From assembly GCA_043814985.1 (NCBI GenBank), contig JBDRJK010000021.1, positions 48,768 through 112,767 of the forward strand: 64,000 nt of DNA. Reading direction: 5' to 3'. The notes below the pieces were generated by a model. That model made no database searches and was not told the origin of the DNA. It worked only from the letters and a program-made list of their open reading frames with translations. The stretch's first letter is position 1. Each line of letters opens with the position of its first letter. This document shows, in pieces, positions 57,494 to 64,000 of this stretch. The translations under genes and the position numbers were made by a program. The stretch comes from Candidatus Aenigmatarchaeota archaeon. Its GTDB lineage: Archaea; Aenigmatarchaeota; Aenigmatarchaeia; Aenigmatarchaeales; Aenigmatarchaeaceae.

Positions 57494-57784
57494 ATGAAAA
57501 AGAAGAAGGACTGCATAGAATGTGGAGTTCCCCTGAAGGACTGGCAGGCAAAAGAGGATTATGACCTATGCTTAGAATGTTATAACGAGAAACAGATCAA
57601 AAAGAATAAATCTGCTCATGAGACTTTGAAAGAAATGGCAATAGAGGAAGAGGGTCAGCAGGAGATCAAGGACAAGAAGAAAAGAAAGGAATTTGAGAAG
57701 ATAGAGGAAGAAGAGGATTTGGCTGACCAAAGGCTCGGTGACAGCGGTCATTTAGAGAACGACTTGCAAGGCGAAGAAGACTAG
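57494..57784 (+). CDS. Hypothetical protein with a CxxC..CxxC Zn finger and charged tail
   Basis: CIECG...CLECY; Glu/Lys-rich. Confidence 0.6.
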   Translation: MKKKKDCIECGVPLKDWQAKEDYDLCLECYNEKQIKKNKSAHETLKEMAIEEEGQQEIKDKKKRKEFEKIEEEEDLADQRLGDSGHLENDLQGEED

Positions 57785-57788
57785 TTCT

Positions 57789-58445
57789 TTAACCGAAGTA
57801 CGGCCCATCAACATCAGCATCATTGCTGTAACCCCTGCTTTCCCAATAACCCTTGTAATCAGGATCATTAGAAAGCTCTATTCTTGTTATCCACTTGATC
57901 CACTTGTAGCCCAATTTCTGTTCTGCAACCAGCTGGAAGGGAAAACCCCTTTCCACAGGCAAGGTGACGTTATTCATTCTATGGGCCATGATAATGCTGT
58001 TGTCCAATACAAAATCCAGAGGCAGAGAAGTCGAGTAATCGTCATAGGCATAGATTATGACAGTGTTAGCCTCTGGCTTGACAGCAACCTCATCCAGCAA
58101 GTCCTTCACAAGAACACCCTCCCATAATATATTGACGCTCCAACCCTCAACACAATCTAATAAGACAACTTTAGAATAATTCTGATGGCTCAGAACATCA
58201 TTATAGGTGTATACCTTCGGATCATACACAAGACCGGAAACCTCTAGAACATAATTGTTAACATCAACTTGTTGCGGCCCCTTTATAGAGTTCTCCCTGA
58301 AGTCATTAACTGACGACAATCTCTCTCCCTCATATTCCCTTATTTCAACGCCTTCAAGCTCTATTGTTCCCTGCTGCACACAACCAGACAAGACAACAAC
58401 AAAAAGAAGAAGTGATAAAATTTTGATGTATTTTATTCCTTCCAT
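57789..58445 (-). CDS. Molybdopterin-binding oxidoreductase (sulfite oxidase/MsrP family) lipoprotein
   Basis: LSGC lipobox, CVEGWS...WEG, GFP.QLV, GYKWIKW and GYWESRGY motifs. Confidence 0.9.
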   Translation of the reverse strand: MEGIKYIKILSLLLFVVVLSGCVQQGTIELEGVEIREYEGERLSSVNDFRENSIKGPQQVDVNNYVLEVSGLVYDPKVYTYNDVLSHQNYSKVVLLDCVEGWSVNILWEGVLVKDLLDEVAVKPEANTVIIYAYDDYSTSLPLDFVLDNSIIMAHRMNNVTLPVERGFPFQLVAEQKLGYKWIKWITRIELSNDPDYKGYWESRGYSNDADVDGPYFG

Positions 58446-58702
58446 TTGTCATGCCTCAATAATTTTTTAGTCATTACTATCATCCATTTAATGTTAAGTA
58501 TAAAGTGAATCAACACTAGGAGAACCATGACAACACCGCTCCATTCATGTATTAAATTTATCTCGTACATGGGAAGGCTCCCTCGGTTCATGCCAATATA
58601 CTGCACAAGCCCAGGAAACTTGACCAAACCAGTAACAGAAATTGCAAAAAAGACTATTATCAACCCCACATTAACAACGTACTTTATAATGTTTATATTC
58701 AT
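58433..58702 (-). CDS. DUF4405 cytochrome-b-like membrane protein
   Basis: Two TM segments; TGL, IHEWSG...L..IH..LN.KW. Confidence 0.8.
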   Translation of the reverse strand: MNINIIKYVVNVGLIIVFFAISVTGLVKFPGLVQYIGMNRGSLPMYEINLIHEWSGVVMVLLVLIHFILNIKWMIVMTKKLLRHDKWKE

Positions 58703-58784
58703 TAAATCCCTTATTAGAATTGATATCCGTAACTTTTAAATAATATCACACTGTTATATTTAATAACAATTCTTTGGTGAAACA

Positions 58785-59285
58785 ATGAAAACTGATGATG
58801 ATCTAAAAGCAGCCTTTGCCGGAGAGTCGCAGGCAAACAGGAAATATCTGGCTTTTGCGAAGAAAGCTGAGGAAGATGGGTTCCCAAATATTGCAAGGCT
58901 TTTCAGAGCAATTGCCGAGGCTGAAACAGTCCATGCCCACAACCATTTGAGACTAATGAGCATGATTAAGTCTACAAAGGAGAACCTACAAGCTGCCCTT
59001 AACGGTGAAGTATACGAGTTCACAGAAATGTATCCAGGCTTCATTAAAACAGCAACAGAAGAAGGGGTTTCAGCAGCAGGAACATCTTTTAGTTTCGCTA
59101 ACCAAGTGGAGAAAGTGCATGGCAAGCTGTATGAAAAGGCCTTGAAGTCAGTTGACAAAGAAGAGGACATAGAGGCAAAGGAGTTCTTTGTCTGCCAGGT
59201 ATGTGGTTACACTGCCGAAGGCGAAGCCCCCAATGTCTGCCCGTTATGCGGCGCTCCAAAAGAGAGGTTCAAAAAAATAGAGTGA
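58785..59285 (+). CDS. rbr: Rubrerythrin
   Basis: AFAGESQANRKY, AE..HA, E..H and CQVCGY...CPLCG motifs. Confidence 0.95.
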   Translation: MKTDDDLKAAFAGESQANRKYLAFAKKAEEDGFPNIARLFRAIAEAETVHAHNHLRLMSMIKSTKENLQAALNGEVYEFTEMYPGFIKTATEEGVSAAGTSFSFANQVEKVHGKLYEKALKSVDKEEDIEAKEFFVCQVCGYTAEGEAPNVCPLCGAPKERFKKIE

Positions 59286-59289
59286 TTTA

Positions 59290-59652
59290 ATGAAAACCTA
59301 CACTAGAAAGGATGAATTGGAAAGCGTTTTAACGGAAAAGCATGTTCCTATCATAAAGGCTCCTGAAAAGGTCAAGGCAGGGGAGGAGTTCGAAGTAACA
59401 ATAAACGTGGGGGAGAAAGTCCCACATCCCAACACAGTCGAGCATCACATAAAGTGGATCCAGGTCTTTGCGGAAATCGAAGGCAGGAGCCACAACCCGA
59501 TTCATGTGGCAACATTCGACCTTGGCCCATCTGTCGCAGAACCGAAGGTGAAATTCAGGATGAAACTGGATAAATCAGCGAAGCTGATTGCCCTTGATTA
59601 TTGCAACCTCCACGGGGTATGGGAGAATTCAGTAAAAATAGGGGTAGTATGA
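59290..59652 (+). CDS. sor: Superoxide reductase (1Fe, neelaredoxin type)
   Basis: EKHVP, HPNTVEHHIKWI and YCNLHGVW motifs. Confidence 0.93.
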   Translation: MKTYTRKDELESVLTEKHVPIIKAPEKVKAGEEFEVTINVGEKVPHPNTVEHHIKWIQVFAEIEGRSHNPIHVATFDLGPSVAEPKVKFRMKLDKSAKLIALDYCNLHGVWENSVKIGVV

Positions 59653-59747
59653 AATCTTTAAATATTTCATTAAATAAACTTTTGATAAGCACTACACCTG
59701 CAAAAATAATAACATTTAAATAAGATGTAACATTAAGTATGATAATT

Positions 59748-60767
59748 ATGGCAGACAAAAAGCATCACACAGAGCATCACACAACACATCATAAACCAAA
59801 AAAAGAAATGAATATGTGGAAGGTTTTGTCTTTAGTTCTTATTGTGGTTGTATGCATAAGCTTGTTCTTCATTTTTGGAGGAGCAACAAGCGGCATGACC
59901 ATTTTAGATCCTCAGGATGCTGCTGACAAGGCACTGGCCTTCATTAATGACAACTTAGTTCAACCAGGCACAACAGCATCATTTATTTCTGTGGAGGAAA
60001 ACGCAGGTATGTATAATGTTACTGTCTCATACCAAGACAATGATATTCCTGTTTACGTTACAAAGGATGGCACCTATGTTTTCTTGGCTGCCCCAGTGGA
60101 TATAACAGAAGAAATAGAGCAACCACAACAGCCACCAGAACAGCAACCACCAGAGGTTGTAAAGACTGACAGACCAGAAGCTCATGCTTTCATAATGTCC
60201 TACTGTCCTTATGGTTTACAATTCTTGAAGGCTTATGTCCCTGTAATTGAATTGCTTGGTGACAAAGCTGATTTAGAAGTTAATTTCGTGCATTACGTAA
60301 TGCATGGTGAGAAGGAAGCAACTGAAAACACAAGGATGTACTGCATCCAAAGGAATCAGAACGACAAGTTTACTGATTATCTAAGATGTTTTGTAGAAGC
60401 GAATGACTGGGAAGGATGTGCTGACCAGGTAGGAATTGACAAGACAGCCCTTCAGACATGCATGGATGCTACAGACACCCAATATGATATAACAAAGACC
60501 ATGCAGGAAAGTGAAGCACAATTCCCACCTTACGGAGTTGACGCGGTCCTCGCAAGCCAGTTTGGTGTAGGAGGTTCACCAACCTTTGTCTTGAACGGTG
60601 CAACAGTAAGCGTTAACAGGGCAGCAGAATCAATAAAGCAAGCAATATGCGCTGGTTTTAACAACCCTCCAGCAGAATGTGACCAAGTATTGAGCACATC
60701 TTCAGAAGCTCCAGGAGCAGGTCCAATAGGCTCCGGAAGTGCAAGCGGTTCAACAGCAACCTGTTAA
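59748..60767 (+). CDS. Membrane-anchored thioredoxin/DsbA-fold protein
   Basis: His-rich N-terminus, TM helix, YVTKDG, MSYCPYG, MHG..E and GV.GSPT. Confidence 0.75.
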   Translation: MADKKHHTEHHTTHHKPKKEMNMWKVLSLVLIVVVCISLFFIFGGATSGMTILDPQDAADKALAFINDNLVQPGTTASFISVEENAGMYNVTVSYQDNDIPVYVTKDGTYVFLAAPVDITEEIEQPQQPPEQQPPEVVKTDRPEAHAFIMSYCPYGLQFLKAYVPVIELLGDKADLEVNFVHYVMHGEKEATENTRMYCIQRNQNDKFTDYLRCFVEANDWEGCADQVGIDKTALQTCMDATDTQYDITKTMQESEAQFPPYGVDAVLASQFGVGGSPTFVLNGATVSVNRAAESIKQAICAGFNNPPAECDQVLSTSSEAPGAGPIGSGSASGSTATC

Positions 60768-61001
60768 TCACTTAAGTTTTAGATACTTTCTCATCTTCTT
60801 TATGTTAAAGCCTATTACTATTTTCCCGTTTATCTCAATCACTGGAACGCCTGTCTGGCCAGTCTTTTCTTCCATCTCTTCGGCAGCCTTCTCATTCCTC
60901 TGAACATTGACGTTCTTGAATTTAACCTTGTTCTCCTTGAAGAAGTCCTCAACCATCTTGCAATATGTGCACCACTCGGTTGAATATAGTTTAACAACCA
61001 T
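60768..61001 (-). CDS. Glutaredoxin/NrdH-like protein
   Basis: YSTEWCTYC and GQTGVPVI motifs. Confidence 0.9.
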   Translation of the reverse strand: MVVKLYSTEWCTYCKMVEDFFKENKVKFKNVNVQRNEKAAEEMEEKTGQTGVPVIEINGKIVIGFNIKKMRKYLKLK

Positions 61002-61046
61002 AACATCTAATTTGAATTGGCCAGAATAAATAATTACTTTTTACAC

Positions 61047-61364
61047 TCAAGAGAACAATGAAAGTATAAAGCTTGTGTTTTTGTTAGCTTTAAGGGAATG
61101 GATTGCATTTCTTTTCATGGGAATAAAAACCCCAGGCATCATAGCAATATCACCCCCCTCTAAATTAAAAATACCATCTCCCTCAATGACATAAACAAAC
61201 CCTTCCTTTGTCGTTGTATGCTCTGATATCTCGGTCCCGCCCGCCATACAGAATAATGTTACATCAATGTCATCATTCTTAATCAGCTGTTTGCTCAGTA
61301 TGCCTTCCTTTGAATAATCAATAAGCTCTTTTATGTTTTTATGACTCTTAGTTGTCTCGTTCAT
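61047..61364 (-). CDS. Cupin domain protein
   Basis: G.EISEHT...YVIEG.G and HSLKA motifs. Confidence 0.85.
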   Translation of the reverse strand: MNETTKSHKNIKELIDYSKEGILSKQLIKNDDIDVTLFCMAGGTEISEHTTTKEGFVYVIEGDGIFNLEGGDIAMMPGVFIPMKRNAIHSLKANKNTSFILSLFS

Positions 61365-61395
61365 AATGTAATTAAGAGAAAGATAGAATTAATAA

Positions 61396-63558
61396 TTACT
61401 TTTTTGGATTGAATCTTTTCAGTAACAACGAGTTCCCTATAACAGATATGTCGCTGAAAACCATTGCTATACCCGCAGCCATTGGAGGTAATAGAATACC
61501 AAAACTAGGATAAAGAATGCCAGCAGCTATTGGAATCATAGCCGTGTTATAGAAGAATGCCCAAAATAAATTCTGCTTTATCTTGCTCAGAGTTTTCTTG
61601 CTTAACCTTATAGAACCTACAACATCCCTAAGGTCCTCTTTTATCAAGACAATGTCGCCAGTCTCTATTGCTACATCAGTCCCACTGCCTATTGCTATGC
61701 CGATGTTTGCCTTGGCCAAAGCAGGCGCATCATTTATTCCATCACCAACCATACCAACAATTCTACCTTGTTTTTGTAATTCCTCTATTTTTTTGGCCTT
61801 GTCTTTAGGCAAGACATCTGCCATTACATCTTTAATTCCAACTTGCTTGGCAATGGCTTTGGCAGTTCTCTCATTGTCCCCTGTGATCATGATTACTGAT
61901 AGGCCTATTTCCTGTAGTTCTTTGACTGCTAATCTAGAGTGTTTCTTCAATGTGTCTGCAATACCAATCATACCAACGATTTTTTTATTAACAGCAACAA
62001 TAACTGTTGTCTTTCCCTCTTCCTCTAGTTTTTTAATTCTTTCTTCTATCCCCCCTGTCTCTAATTTATTTTTCTTCATTAGTTTTCTGTTGCCAATCAT
62101 TATTCTTTTACCTTTGTATTTAGAAACAACTCCGTAACCAGGTATTGTCTCAAATGATTTTGAAGATGATATAGTTATTCTCATTTTTTTGGCTTTCTTG
62201 ACAATGGCCTCGCCTAAAGGATGCTCAGAATTGTTTTCAACAATTGCAGCCAGTCTTATCAGATTTTTCTTATTAATTCCTTTGAAAGCTATAACATCAG
62301 TAACCTCTGGCTCTCCTTTGGTTAAGGTCCCTGTCTTATCAAAGACAATAGTGTTAAGCTTGTGAACCTCTTCAAGGTAACCTCCGTTCCTTATTAGAAT
62401 CCCGTTCTCTGCTCCCTTTCCTAAACCAACCATGACAGCTGTTGGTGTGGCTATCCCCATTGCACATGGACAAGCAACGACTAGAACACTAACCATGGTT
62501 GTCAATGCGAAAAATAGGGGTTGACCTATAATGAAGTACCAGATTAAGAATGTTGATATGCCTATCACCATAACCACAGGAACAAAATAAGAAACAACCA
62601 CATCTGCAATCCTCTGTATGGGCGCCTTGGACTGCTGGGCATCCTTGACCAGCTTTATTATCTGGGCCAAAGCTGTTTCTGCCCCTATTTTAGTTGCTTT
62701 TATCTTTAGCATTCCGTTCTTGTTCATAGTAGCTCCAATCACTTCATCACCCCTCTTCTTTCCGATTGGCATGCTCTCGCCTGTAATCATTGACTCATCA
62801 ATCGAAGAATAACCCCCTATGACTATTCCATCAACTGGTATTCTCTCCCCTGGTCTGACTATTACTAAATCACCTTTCTTGAGATGATCTATCGGAATTT
62901 CAATTTCCTTATTGTTTCTTACAACTCTTGTTGTTTTTGCTTGTAGTTTCATCAGCTTCTTAATGGCTTCTGATGTTTTACCTCTGGCAAGAGTTTCCAT
63001 TAGCCTACCAATGGTAATTGTAGTTATAACAGTCGCAGAAGCTTCAAAAAATATTATACCACCAGAAAATGCTGTGAAGAGGCTGTAGAAATAAGCAGCA
63101 CTACTTCCTAAAACAACTAAAAAATCCATGTTGAAATATTTGTTCTTCAACGCGTTCCATGAGTTTTTATAAAAATGATAACCAACGCCAAACTGTATTG
63201 GTGTTGTAAGTAATAACAAAATTATATTCTCATCTGGTATCTCCATGAACATGCTGATTGCGACAACAGGTATGGTTAGAATAAGACCGATTATAGAAAG
63301 CATTTTTAATTTTCTAATATCTTTGTCACTTTCGTTCAATTCATCTGGCTCTAAGGCTTTATATCCTAAACCGGCTATTATTTTTTTAAATTTCTTTACA
63401 TCGATTGATTTTTGATCATACTCTATTGTAGCCTCTTCTGTTGAGAAATTAACAACAATGCTTTTAACGCCTTTCTGTTTTTTCAATGATTTCTCTATAT
63501 TAAGAGCGCAACTAGCACAATGCATACCACGAATAGATAAAGTTGTCTTTTTAGCTAT
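61396..63558 (-). CDS. copA: Cu(I)-translocating P1B-ATPase
   Basis: GMHCASC, TGES, CPC, DKTGT, HP, GDGIND, YN and MxxS motifs; start uncertain (63558-63570). Confidence 0.95.
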   Translation of the reverse strand: MAKKTTLSIRGMHCASCALNIEKSLKKQKGVKSIVVNFSTEEATIEYDQKSIDVKKFKKIIAGLGYKALEPDELNESDKDIRKLKMLSIIGLILTIPVVAISMFMEIPDENIILLLLTTPIQFGVGYHFYKNSWNALKNKYFNMDFLVVLGSSAAYFYSLFTAFSGGIIFFEASATVITTITIGRLMETLARGKTSEAIKKLMKLQAKTTRVVRNNKEIEIPIDHLKKGDLVIVRPGERIPVDGIVIGGYSSIDESMITGESMPIGKKRGDEVIGATMNKNGMLKIKATKIGAETALAQIIKLVKDAQQSKAPIQRIADVVVSYFVPVVMVIGISTFLIWYFIIGQPLFFALTTMVSVLVVACPCAMGIATPTAVMVGLGKGAENGILIRNGGYLEEVHKLNTIVFDKTGTLTKGEPEVTDVIAFKGINKKNLIRLAAIVENNSEHPLGEAIVKKAKKMRITISSSKSFETIPGYGVVSKYKGKRIMIGNRKLMKKNKLETGGIEERIKKLEEEGKTTVIVAVNKKIVGMIGIADTLKKHSRLAVKELQEIGLSVIMITGDNERTAKAIAKQVGIKDVMADVLPKDKAKKIEELQKQGRIVGMVGDGINDAPALAKANIGIAIGSGTDVAIETGDIVLIKEDLRDVVGSIRLSKKTLSKIKQNLFWAFFYNTAMIPIAAGILYPSFGILLPPMAAGIAMVFSDISVIGNSLLLKRFNPKK

Positions 63559-63559
63559 C

Positions 63560-63652
63560 TCAACCACCAAATACCTTGCTAAAGAATCCTTTCTTCTTGC
63601 TTTTATTTGTTTGCGGTTCATAGCTAGTGTAAATAACAAGAATGCTTTTCAT
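63560..63652 (-). CDS. Putative 30-aa peptide ([30 protein letters not shown])
   Basis: ATGA overlap with the upstream copA stop; ends just before the downstream copA. Confidence 0.4.
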   Translation of the reverse strand: MKSILVIYTSYEPQTNKSKKKGFFSKVFGG

Positions 63653-64000
63653 CCTTTTATTTTTGGCTTGTATCTTTTCATCAATAATGAATTGCTTACA
63701 ACACTTACAGAACTAAAAGCCATTGCAGCACCTGCTATCATCGGGTTCAGCAGGAATCCAAAAAATGGGTATAGTATGCCAGCAGCTATTGGTATTCCAA
63801 TAATATTGTAGAGGAATGCCCAAAATAGGTTCTGTTTTATCTTTTTTATTGTGTAACTACTCAAGTCAATAGAGGTAATAACATCTCTCAAATCATCCTT
63901 TATTAGAATTATGTCTCCTGTTTCCATTGCTACGTCTGTTCCCGAACCAAGAGCTATTCCTATGTTTGCCTGAGCTAGGGCAGGAGCATCGTTTATACCA
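63649..64000 (-). CDS. copA: Second Cu P1B-ATPase, C-terminal part (truncated by window edge)
   Basis: [23 protein letters not shown] and [13 protein letters not shown] motifs. Confidence 0.93.
   Translation of the reverse strand, partial: GINDAPALAQANIGIALGSGTDVAMETGDIILIKDDLRDVITSIDLSSYTIKKIKQNLFWAFLYNIIGIPIAAGILYPFFGFLLNPMIAGAAMAFSSVSVVSNSLLMKRYKPKIKG

Noticed and set aside
1..64000. CRISPR array, transposase, integrase or prophage
   Set aside because: No regularly spaced repeats or mobile-element motifs were seen, and no att-like duplication of the tRNA 3' ends was noticed.

Overview
Gene-dense archaeal chromosome segment with no CRISPR array, IS element or prophage. The fused PriS-PriL primase and compact genes point to a DPANN lineage (Aenigmarchaeota-like; inference). 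Housekeeping content includes PCNA, the primase-GINS-L44e-S27e-aIF2a-Nop10-PAC2 cluster, RNase HII, Smc-ScpAB, thyX-glyA-tmk, Rpo6, enolase, CysRS, GGR and three tRNAs (intron-containing iMet, Pro-CGG, Cys). Energy metabolism includes the tail of a group 4 [NiFe]-hydrogenase operon, an apparent arginine synthetase (ArcE)/OTC/carbamate kinase pathway, TET peptidase-aminotransferase-IOR, an oxygen/redox defence cluster and tandem CopA genes. The most unusual locus is 5966-11382. It holds three tandem class IIb aminoacyl-tRNA synthetase homologues (a housekeeping-like AspRS, a second AspRS with an altered anticodon domain, and an AsnRS-like paralogue with a remodelled active site), a variant HIT hydrolase and a Cys-insert amidohydrolase. 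Other points of note: a tRNA-Cys/cysK/cysS unit with a divergent CysK paralogue, an Smc with very short arms, candidate ATA start codons, and several unannotated micro-ORFs. All assignments come from motif recognition by eye; no searches were run.
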